Assembly: GCA_050331735.1 (NCBI GenBank)
Contig: JBHJGN010000009.1
Location: 1 to 64,000 of the forward strand
Source of the DNA: Cyanophyceae cyanobacterium
GTDB taxonomy: Bacteria; Cyanobacteriota; Cyanobacteriia; Cyanobacteriales; JBHJGN01
Direction: 5' to 3'
Length of the DNA stretch: 64,000 nucleotides
A model generated the notes under the pieces. That model was not told the origin of the DNA. It ran no database searches and saw only the letters and a program-made list of their open reading frames with translations. A program made the translations under genes and the position numbers. Below, one piece after another: positions 41,851 through 49,885 of the stretch. Numbering within the stretch: position 1 is the first letter of the stretch; each line of letters begins with the position of its first letter.

Positions 41851-41923
41851 GGCGCGTTCTTTTGGGAGGAGGTCTCCCTACTTCCGTTTCCTGGCAATAT
41901 TTGACTGGCAAAGAAATGAACGG
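41851..41923 (-). ncRNA. Glutamine (glnA-motif) riboswitch, variant
   Basis: CGUUC-AUUUC...GGAAAC-GGAAGUA-GGGAG(ACCUC)CUCCC-AAAA-GAACG-CGCC. P1/P2/P3 and GGAAGUA match; the usual GAAG reads AAAA. Confidence 0.8.
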
Positions 41924-41943
41924 TTTTTTCTCTCTCTACTTTT

Positions 41944-41976
41944 AGAGTAGACAAACAAGTTGAGGAACTTGTGAGG
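41944..41976 (-). promoter_or_regulatory. Direct-repeat box J plus -10 (riboswitch-gifB)
   Basis: CCTCACAAGTTCCTCA-N11-TACTCT; the riboswitch begins about 20 nt downstream of the -10. Confidence 0.88.
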
Positions 41977-42002
41977 AGGTCACTGCTGTTGAGAGGAATT
42001 TC

Positions 42003-42380
42003 CTATAGGGTCCAGGCGAGAATTTCCGCCATCTGCTTGGCAAGGGTCAGCGAATCAAACGGTTTAGTAATCACCCCCGTAGCGCCAGCTTCAAGAAAGA
42101 ATTGTCGGTCTGCGGTTTGGGCTTTGGCGGTTAAAAAAATCACTGGAATTTGCCGTACCTTTGAGTTATCCCGGAGCTTTTGGAGAGTTGCTACACCGTC
42201 AAGGTCGGGCATCATCACGTCTAGGAGAATAGCATCGGGCTGCTCGGCTTCAGCAACAGCAATGCCTTCTTGCCCCGAATTAGCGCTTAGCACTTCCCAG
42301 CCCGCCTGCATGGTTAAACCAAGTCGCGCAACGGCCTGAATGTCCTCTTCGTCGTCAATCAACAGGATACGTTTCGTCAT
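42003..42380 (-). CDS. Single-domain response regulator (receiver only)
   Basis: LLIDDE, LLDVMMP.LDG, FLTA and KPF motifs; no output domain. Confidence 0.92.
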   Translation of the reverse strand: MTKRILLIDDEEDIQAVARLGLTMQAGWEVLSANSGQEGIAVAEAEQPDAILLDVMMPDLDGVATLQKLRDNSKVRQIPVIFLTAKAQTADRQFFLEAGATGVITKPFDSLTLAKQMAEILAWTL

Positions 42381-42760
42381 GCCAATATCTTTAGAGGTTC
42401 TAACAGAACACGATAGGTGCTTTCTCCTTCATACCACGTCTATACGAGCCACTACATGAATTGACACCTAAAGAAATTCGTTCTTGACCTGACTTTGACG
42501 TAGAATGAGTGTAGTGAAGTCAGCCCGTTCTGGATGGAATTTAGGTAGCGAAGAGGCAAGAAGTAACGCTGGCTGAGAGGATGATTACCTGACAGTAAGA
42601 ATTTTAGGAAGTATCTCCGTGTAGAAGGATATTTCCTGACTGCTCCGGCCACAAAATTCAGCAAACAGTCCTGTTACTGCCGAGCCGCTTGAACCGAGTG
42701 AACGATTAGCGTCTACTGATTTGACTGACCTAAACTGCTGAATTCTCGGGAGAGTAAACC

Positions 42761-43285
42761 GTGGGAACTGAAGATAGGTGGGAAAACATCCAAGTCTCAG
42801 AAGTGCTTGAAGGAATTTCGGCTGTTCTCGTAGCACCGCTTGTCCTTCCCCTCTCAGCCGGAATGAATCAGCCGTTAGCGAAATCGATGCTCAAAGAGGC
42901 GATCGCCTTTTCCCAACGCTGCCAAGAAGCCGTGGCAGAGGCCAGAGAGCGCTTTGAAGATGTCGTCGCTGAGGCGCAAGCGGAACTAGATGAAGAGGCG
43001 CAAGCTTTCCCGCCACGCCGTGTCCCCCAGGAAACGTCAGAGGTAGCGGGCGAAATTCTCAAGGCTGCGTCTGAGCTTAACGCGCAAGTGGGTCGGCTCA
43101 CCCAGGGTCAGCTCGATTTGCGATTACTGGTGCCGCTGGGGTTAGGAACCCTTGCCCTTCGGCAGTTATTGGTGAGAGGACTGCAACTAGACGAGCTGCC
43201 CTGGTATGTTTTAGCCTGGTACGCTTTTGATAGCTTTACTAAACTCAACAATGAGTCCCGGCAGCCCTGGGAAAGTGAACTTTGA
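42761..43285 (+). CDS. DUF5132-like membrane-associated protein
   Basis: APLVLP...PLAKS..K...AEARE.FEDVVAEAQAE plus C-terminal DLRLLVPLGL...PWYVLAWYAFDSF. Confidence 0.65.
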   Translation: MGTEDRWENIQVSEVLEGISAVLVAPLVLPLSAGMNQPLAKSMLKEAIAFSQRCQEAVAEARERFEDVVAEAQAELDEEAQAFPPRRVPQETSEVAGEILKAASELNAQVGRLTQGQLDLRLLVPLGLGTLALRQLLVRGLQLDELPWYVLAWYAFDSFTKLNNESRQPWESEL

Positions 43286-43323
43286 CTGGATCGATAATTA
43301 TTGGGTGAACTAATCCTAAAACC

Positions 43324-46245
43324 GTGGTAGAGGCAATTCATACGGCTGTTAACGGAAGAGCCAGATACAAAGTCAAAGAACTTTACCGCTCTAAATCTCT
43401 TGAACACTATCTGGAGCGAGCTCTAGGGAATCAAGAGGGAATTATTAACGTGTCTGCTAGTTCGCTAACGGGCAACATTCTCGTGAGTTTCAACCCAGAC
43501 CGCAGTGCTGCTGAGATTGCCGCCCTGATTCAAGAAAGTGTTTCAGCCTTTGGTCAGCAGGGGAAACAGAAATCTCCTCGAAGGATTGCCGCCACCGTTG
43601 CTGACGCTGAGGAACAGAAAACAGCAGACTGGCATTTGCTGGAACTAGACACTGTTCTAGAAATTCTCCAAACCTCTCAAAAGCAGGGATTATCGAGCCA
43701 GGACGCCGCCGAAAACCTGGCGAAATATGGCACTAATGCTTTAGCGGCATCGCCGTCTCGCTCGGACCTCAGCCTATTGCTCGAACAGCTAGTCACCTGG
43801 CCCGTTGCTCTCCTGGGAGCGGCGGCGGCGGTTTCTTTGGTCACAGGAGGAGTGGCCGATGCCCTGTTGATTGCCGGAGTCGTGGGCATTAATGCGGTGA
43901 TTGGCTATACCACAGAAACTCAGTCTGAAAAAATTATCCGTTCGCTGCAAAGCGAGGGACCGCGAACGGCTGTAGTGATTAGGGACGGCGATCGCCTGGA
44001 AGTAAGTACCGAAGCGGTAACGGTGGGAGACCTGTTGGTGCTGCAACCGAACAGCTACGTCGCCGCCGATGGCAGGCTTGTTGAGGCGGAAAACTTGAGC
44101 GTTGACGAATCTGCCCTCACCGGGGAAAGTATTCCCGTCACTAAAAAAACGGTTTCCCTTTCCGGTGCAGAGCTGTCGCTAGCAGACCGCAGCAATATGA
44201 TTTATCAGGGAACGTTCATTACGGTTGGTCAAGGGCTGGCGGTGGTGGTGGCAACGGGTCAGTTGACCGAACTCGGAAAAATTCAGAGCCTGGTCAGCGC
44301 CGCCGAATCTATAGACACCCCCTTACAAAAGCAGCTAGACCAAGTGGGTTCTCAACTCGTCCTGCTCTGCGGCGGAGTTTGCGCCTTAGTCTTCGGCGTG
44401 GGGCTGCTGCGGGGCTATCGTTTGCTTCCGATGCTCAAGTCTGCTATTTCCCTGGCGGTGGCTTCAGTACCCGAGGGTTTACCGACCATTGCGACCACAA
44501 CGCTCGCCCTTGGTATCCAGGATATGAGGCAGCGCAACATCCTTATTCGCGGCATTAACGTCGTCGAGGCGCTGGGGTCAATTCAAACCATCTGCCTGGA
44601 TAAAACTGGCACAATTACCGAGAATAAAATGATCGTTGAAGAAGTTCGTTTAGGGAGCGGCACTCTCAAGCGAGCGGACGGGCAGTTGCGGAGGACAGCT
44701 ATTAACCCCGACCAGGACAAAGAACTCCTCAAGCTTATTGAGATCGCAGTCCTCTGTAACGACGCCAACATAACCACCAAAGACGGTAAGAATGAGGTCG
44801 AGGGGTCGGCAACGGAGAACGCCCTGATTGAGCTAGCGCTCGTCGCTGGCGTGGATGTTGTTGCCCTTCGAGGAAAATATCCTCGCCTCAAAACCTATTC
44901 CCGTACCGACAGCCGCAACCGGATGACCACGATTCATCAAAGGTCGCGTCAGCTATTAGTTGCCGTTAAGGGCAGCCCGGAAGAAGTGTTAGCACTGTGT
45001 ACCTCCCAGCTCAAAGCCGGGACGGTCGTTTCCCTCGCAGAGGAAGAGAGACAAACCATCGAGCTGGCAAACGAGCGTCTGGCTGGTCAAGCGCTGAGGG
45101 TGCTTGGAGTGGCCTATACCACAATTCAACATCTAGAAGCAGAGCCGGAAGAGCTGACGTGGGTAGGACTAACGGGAATGGCAGACCCGATTCGGGAAGG
45201 AGTGTCAGAGTTGATGGCCGGGTTTCACCAGGCAGGCATTAAGACAGTCATGATCACAGGCGATCAGAGTCCTACCGCCTATGCGATCGCCAAAACGCTG
45301 CATCTTAGCCGTCACCACAAGCTAGAAATTCTCGATGCCTCGGCTCTGGCTCATCTCGACCCGGAGAAGCTCCAGGCACTCTGCAACAGAGTAGACGTAT
45401 TTGCTCGCATTAGCCCTGCCGATAAGCTACAAATTGTGCGCGCTCTCCAGGCTACGGGCAAGATTGTAGCGATGACTGGAGATGGGATTAATGACACTCC
45501 AGCTCTGAAAGCCGCCAATGTCGGGATTGCGATGGGGTCCGGCAACGCTGATATCGTACGGGAGGTCGCCGATGTCATTATTAAAGACGACCGGCTGCAA
45601 ACGCTCATCGATGCCGTCAGTCGCGGGCGCACGATTTACAACAACATCAGAAAGTCAGTTCATTTCCTGCTGTCTACTAACCTCAGCGAGATTGTAGTAA
45701 TGACGATCGCCACGGCTCTTGGTCTGGGGGAACCTCTCAACGCCATGCAGCTTCTCTGGCTCAATTTAGTAACCGATATTTTTCCAGGGCTGGCACTCTC
45801 CCTAGAACCTCCAGAACCAGACATCCTCGCTCAAGCTCCCCGCGATCCAGACGAGCCCATCATCAAGTTTTCTGACTTTGAGCGCATTGTCTTTGAATCA
45901 GGCATCATTTCTCTGGGGGCTCTCAGTGCTTACGGCTATGGTCTGTTTAAATACGGTCCAGGCTCTCAAGCTAGCACGATCGCGTTTATGAGTTTAACGG
46001 GAGCTCAAATCCTGCACGCGATGAGCTGCCGTTCGGAGCACAGCTTGTGGGCGCGTGACCCGCTACCGGCTAACCCCTACCTAGACGGAGCGATCGTTGG
46101 TTCTTTAGCGCTCCAGCTTCTGCCCCTCGCCGTTCCGGGGTTAGGCAAAATTCTGCACCTTGCTCCCCTCGCTCCTGGGGACTGGTTCATCATTGCTCTT
46201 CATGCGGTGCTGCCGCTGGCAATTAACGAGAGTGCCAAAGAATAA
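43324..46245 (+). CDS. P-type cation-transporting ATPase (type II-like) with N-terminal HMA2-like domain
   Basis: TGES, PEGLP, DKTGT, KGSPE and TGDGINDTPAL motifs; N-terminal GRARYKV...TGNILV. Confidence 0.92.
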   Translation: MVEAIHTAVNGRARYKVKELYRSKSLEHYLERALGNQEGIINVSASSLTGNILVSFNPDRSAAEIAALIQESVSAFGQQGKQKSPRRIAATVADAEEQKTADWHLLELDTVLEILQTSQKQGLSSQDAAENLAKYGTNALAASPSRSDLSLLLEQLVTWPVALLGAAAAVSLVTGGVADALLIAGVVGINAVIGYTTETQSEKIIRSLQSEGPRTAVVIRDGDRLEVSTEAVTVGDLLVLQPNSYVAADGRLVEAENLSVDESALTGESIPVTKKTVSLSGAELSLADRSNMIYQGTFITVGQGLAVVVATGQLTELGKIQSLVSAAESIDTPLQKQLDQVGSQLVLLCGGVCALVFGVGLLRGYRLLPMLKSAISLAVASVPEGLPTIATTTLALGIQDMRQRNILIRGINVVEALGSIQTICLDKTGTITENKMIVEEVRLGSGTLKRADGQLRRTAINPDQDKELLKLIEIAVLCNDANITTKDGKNEVEGSATENALIELALVAGVDVVALRGKYPRLKTYSRTDSRNRMTTIHQRSRQLLVAVKGSPEEVLALCTSQLKAGTVVSLAEEERQTIELANERLAGQALRVLGVAYTTIQHLEAEPEELTWVGLTGMADPIREGVSELMAGFHQAGIKTVMITGDQSPTAYAIAKTLHLSRHHKLEILDASALAHLDPEKLQALCNRVDVFARISPADKLQIVRALQATGKIVAMTGDGINDTPALKAANVGIAMGSGNADIVREVADVIIKDDRLQTLIDAVSRGRTIYNNIRKSVHFLLSTNLSEIVVMTIATALGLGEPLNAMQLLWLNLVTDIFPGLALSLEPPEPDILAQAPRDPDEPIIKFSDFERIVFESGIISLGALSAYGYGLFKYGPGSQASTIAFMSLTGAQILHAMSCRSEHSLWARDPLPANPYLDGAIVGSLALQLLPLAVPGLGKILHLAPLAPGDWFIIALHAVLPLAINESAKE

Positions 46246-46252
46246 CGACTGA

Positions 46253-46401
46253 TACCATTGACCGAAAGGAGTGAGATAGTTCTCCTAACTAACAAAGAGT
46301 TGGCTCTTAAAAGGGAAAGGCTGGCTGTGTTTACCTTTCCCCCTGACCCTTTTCCCTTTTCCCCAACGGCTCAAGTCTCTCATGACTCTTTCTAATTGGT
46401 A
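46253..46401 (-). mobile_element. MITE copy 5 (149 bp; flanks TGA/TTA)
   Basis: Reverse complement of copy 3 with about one mismatch by eye. Confidence 0.88.
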
Positions 46402-46468
46402 TTACTACTAACCGCAACCAGCTTTCTCCTTGCGATTTCTGATCGATTACGCCATCCCGAGCGACGCC

Positions 46469-47662
46469 ATGAAAAAAAACTTTATGTTCACCTCAGAGTC
46501 AGTGACTCAGGGACATCCCGATAAGCTATGCGATCGCATAAGCGACGCCATTGTAGACCGTCTCCTGCAACAAGATCCCTACGCCAGGGTGATCGCAGAA
46601 TGTGCGGTCTCCACAGGCATCCTGTTTCTCTCTATCCGATTTGAACCAAATGCCAATGTTGACTTTACCAACACCGCGAGACGAGTGATTGATGAGGTCG
46701 GATATGACCAGTCTTCGTTCAACAGCAAGACCTGTAGTATCCTAACCAGCCTGGAGGAATTGCCGCCAGACGAACAGCATAAATTTGATGCAAACCAGCT
46801 TGCTGACGACGAAATTGAGCAAATACCGGTCAAGAACCAAGTAACAATCTTCGGCTTTGCCTGTAATCAAACGGCTGCTTACCTGCCGCTGCCTATTTGG
46901 CTAGCGCACAAACTTGCCAGACGGCTGGATACGGTGAGGCGGGAGCAGCTTGCCTATCTTGCCCCTGACGGGCAAACTCAAGTAGGCGTTGAGTATCAAG
47001 ACCGCCAACCCACCAGAATCCACAGTCTCACAGTCGTTGCCAGTCAACAAGAATCCGCGTCTCCTCATCTAAAAACGCTCCGAGACGATATTTACAACGC
47101 CGTTATCCTCCCGGCCTTTGCTGATGAAGTTAATTTAGACGAGCAGACCAATGTGTTTATCAACCCTGACGGTCCCGTGATTCCTGGCGGTCCGGCGCTT
47201 CACTCTGGACTAACGGGCAGAAAGAACGGCATCGATACCTACGGAGAATATGCTAAACATAGCGGGGCGGCTCTCAGTGGAAAAGATCCGCTGCGCATTG
47301 ACAGGGTTGGGGCTTATGCGGCTCGTTATGCAGCGAAAAATGTTGTAGCGGCAGGATTAGCCGATGAATGCGAAGTTCAGTTGAGCTATACCCTCGGACT
47401 GGCAAGACCCGTCAGCGTTGAGGTGGAAACCTTTGGCACCGGCAAAATTCCTGAAGCAGACATTATTCAACAGCTCCAGCAGCACTTTGATTTTCGTTTA
47501 GCTGGCATTGTAAAGCAGTTCAATCTTCGGTTTCTCCCCTCCCTGAACAAAGGTTCCTTCTACCAGCAGCTTGCTACCTACGGTCACGTTGGCCGCATCG
47601 AACTTCAGCTTCCTTGGGAGAAAACGGATAAAGCTGATGTGTTACGCTTAGCCCGCCATTGA
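46469..47662 (+). CDS. metK: Divergent S-adenosylmethionine synthetase paralog
   Basis: FTSESV..GHPDK, DG.TQV, GLTGRK, SGKD..R.DR and YGH.GR present; both PROSITE-type signatures are altered. Confidence 0.8.
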   Translation: MKKNFMFTSESVTQGHPDKLCDRISDAIVDRLLQQDPYARVIAECAVSTGILFLSIRFEPNANVDFTNTARRVIDEVGYDQSSFNSKTCSILTSLEELPPDEQHKFDANQLADDEIEQIPVKNQVTIFGFACNQTAAYLPLPIWLAHKLARRLDTVRREQLAYLAPDGQTQVGVEYQDRQPTRIHSLTVVASQQESASPHLKTLRDDIYNAVILPAFADEVNLDEQTNVFINPDGPVIPGGPALHSGLTGRKNGIDTYGEYAKHSGAALSGKDPLRIDRVGAYAARYAAKNVVAAGLADECEVQLSYTLGLARPVSVEVETFGTGKIPEADIIQQLQQHFDFRLAGIVKQFNLRFLPSLNKGSFYQQLATYGHVGRIELQLPWEKTDKADVLRLARH

Positions 47663-47887
47663 GAGGATTCTGTATCCCCTCCCTGCAACATCGTTTCTCT
47701 CGTTACGAGGAAGAGGGCCGACTCTGCTGGAACTCGGTTTCAGATGGAAAGCAACACTCGCATTCCGCGAGTTTTAGACTCCCTTCAAACTCCCACGATA
47801 ACTGCTGTCGTACCCCAAGCGCGTTCTTAAACCACAAGGAACTCACTCGCTGCGCTCTAGAGGATGTCGCTTGTAGAGGAGCTACGT

Positions 47888-47920
47888 CCTCACAAGTTTC
47901 TCAAATTGTTTCTTTACTGT
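47888..47920 (+). promoter_or_regulatory. Direct-repeat box K plus -10 (small genes-ldh-ppsA)
   Basis: CCTCACAAGTTTCTCA-N11-TACTGT. Confidence 0.85.
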
Positions 47921-47991
47921 AAAAAGTGAGGGAGGAGTTAAGCCAACAGGCGCTCCTGGCTCTCCTTAAATCAGCTTATCGGAGGAACTAG

Positions 47992-48234
47992 ATGAATACT
48001 CAAGAAGAAGCCAGAGAATTAGCAGCACGGCAGCGCCGTCACGACGAACATCTCAGACAAACGGAGCTGATGCGCTCCACTGACGAGATTAAAACAGCCA
48101 GTGGGAAGGCGTTAGAGGAGGAAGCAAGAAAAACCATGAGGCAGCACCGTAGCCGGGAAGACCAAATCCAAGAAAAGGTTCTCCGAAGGTCAGCGGCTGA
48201 AGTTGGCTTACCCGACCAGACGGATAACCCATGA
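47992..48234 (+). CDS. Small protein with two IF7 (GifA)-like helical repeats
   Basis: GGAGG RBS; MNTQEEAR...LMRS..EI and EEEAR...VLRRSAAEVGL resemble IF7 MSTQQQAR...MLSRAAAEIG as recalled. Confidence 0.65.
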   Translation: MNTQEEARELAARQRRHDEHLRQTELMRSTDEIKTASGKALEEEARKTMRQHRSREDQIQEKVLRRSAAEVGLPDQTDNP

Positions 48235-48290
48235 GCGTATCTCATTTGAGTGCCGCCGCATCAATCAAGCTTTTTTACAGGAGGTGAAGC

Positions 48291-48584
48291 ATGATGACAG
48301 TCTTTTGGCAACCTCTTAAGCAGAAGAGACGTCAGCCGGATAAGGAGCCATCGCGGGTCTCGCGGCTGGAGAAAATTAAGCGTTTGATTAGCAGTCTAAA
48401 GCTAAACTGGCTTGATCGTCTGGCCAGACGCATAGGAGCAGAATCAGAGCCACAGGTTTGGGAGAAACACGACCGACACGGGCACACCTTCTTCAAAGTG
48501 TACGACCCGCAAAGCGATCGCTACCTATATTTGAGTTCGGAAGATGAAGTCCGAGTTTGGCTCGAAGAACGCTACTCTCATTGA
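48291..48584 (+). CDS. Hypothetical protein of a type common in cyanobacteria
   Basis: AGGAGG RBS; EPQVW...DR.G.....YDP......SSE.EVR.WLEERY. Confidence 0.75.
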   Translation: MMTVFWQPLKQKRRQPDKEPSRVSRLEKIKRLISSLKLNWLDRLARRIGAESEPQVWEKHDRHGHTFFKVYDPQSDRYLYLSSEDEVRVWLEERYSH

Positions 48585-48616
48585 AACGGGCAGTTGTTTC
48601 ACAACGGAGCCGGTAT

Positions 48617-49612
48617 ATGTTTGATTCGTTGTTTACCCCTCAACTCGCCTCCCTCCCAAAAACCGATACCATTCGCCGTCGCAAAGGAGTTGTTATTGGG
48701 GCTGGGCAAGTGGGAATGGCCTGTGCCTACTCACTGCTCATCCAAAATATCCTCGACGAAATGGTGCTGGTAGATGTCAATCGTGCCAAGCTCGAAGGGG
48801 AGGTGATGGACTTAGTGCATGGGTTGTCTTTCGTGGAGCCAACCATCGTGAGAGCAGGAACGGTAGCCGACGGGCAGGGAGCCGATTTAGTCATGATTAC
48901 CGCTGGCGCTAAACAAAGACCCGGAGAAAGTCGATTAGACCTGGTGCAGCGTAACACCGAGCTGTTTAAAGAACTCATTCCCGAAGTGGTGCGATACTGC
49001 CCTGACGCGATTCTCCTCGTCGTTAGCAATCCGGTGGATGTCCTCACCTACGTTTCTCTGCATCTTTCCGGTCTTCCTCCTGCACGAGTGATTGGTTCAG
49101 GAACGGTCCTTGATACCGGACGGTTTCGCTATCTGCTAGCTGACAAACTTCAGCTCGATCCCCGCAGCCTGCACGCCTATATTATTGGCGAACATGGCGA
49201 TAGCGAGGTGACGGTTTGGAGTAAAGTCAATGTGGCGGGGACTTACCTTTGTGACGGCGGTTGGTCCGATAGCCCGACAGCAAACAACGAGCAACTGACC
49301 GCTATTTCGGCCCAGGTCAAAAACGCCGCCTATGAAATTATTCAGCGTAAAGGAGCCACTAGCTACGCCATTGGCTTAGCGATCGCTCAAATTGCCAGAG
49401 CCATCCTAAGAGACCAAAACCGAGTCCTGACCGTGAGTACCCTCATCAATGGTGCCTACGGTCTCCACGATGTTTGTCTAAGTTTACCAGCGGTGGTCAA
49501 TCGCCAAGGAGTTACCCGAGTGCTCAACCTCTCCCTATCTGAATTAGAAAAAGAACAGCTTCGACAGTCTGGAACCGGTCTGCGCCAGGTGATTGAGCAA
49601 TTGAATCTCTAG
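48617..49612 (+). CDS. ldh: L-lactate dehydrogenase
   Basis: [35 protein letters not shown] and KGATSY motifs. Confidence 0.92.
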   Translation: MFDSLFTPQLASLPKTDTIRRRKGVVIGAGQVGMACAYSLLIQNILDEMVLVDVNRAKLEGEVMDLVHGLSFVEPTIVRAGTVADGQGADLVMITAGAKQRPGESRLDLVQRNTELFKELIPEVVRYCPDAILLVVSNPVDVLTYVSLHLSGLPPARVIGSGTVLDTGRFRYLLADKLQLDPRSLHAYIIGEHGDSEVTVWSKVNVAGTYLCDGGWSDSPTANNEQLTAISAQVKNAAYEIIQRKGATSYAIGLAIAQIARAILRDQNRVLTVSTLINGAYGLHDVCLSLPAVVNRQGVTRVLNLSLSELEKEQLRQSGTGLRQVIEQLNL

Positions 49613-49698
49613 GTAGCTGGGAGCTTGTTCGTGGTTAAGGGTTGATGGTTGCCAATGACCGTGAGCAATCAGCCCTTAAACACAAAGTCATCTACTAA

Positions 49699-49855
49699 CA
49701 CCATTGATCAAAAGTAGTCAGAGAGTTCCCCAAACTATCGACGAGTCGGAAGATAACGGGGAAAAACTGGTGCCCCTTTCCCCTTCCCCTTGACCCGTTC
49801 CGACACCGAACTATTGTCCCCAACCAACCAATCTCATTACTTTTTCTAATTGGTA
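49699..49855 (-). mobile_element. MITE copy 6, divergent (TAA target duplication)
   Basis: CACCATTG...AATTGGTA with TAA flanks and an internal CCCTTT tract. Confidence 0.75.
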
Positions 49856-49885
49856 TAACAACACTCACTCAATCAAGGAGCAATC

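Noticed and set aside
42648..42680. Possible twelfth box upstream of the DUF5132/P-ATPase unit (GCCACAAAATTCAGCA-N11-TACTGC)
   Set aside because: Only about half the positions match the consensus; not distinguishable from chance.
23287..47903. Dispersed 16-bp repeats as a CRISPR array or REP elements
   Set aside because: They are kilobases apart, non-palindromic and tied to promoters; there are no spacers or cas genes.
47659..47922. 87-aa ORF after metK
   Set aside because: TTG start without an RBS, no motifs, and it overlaps promoter box K.
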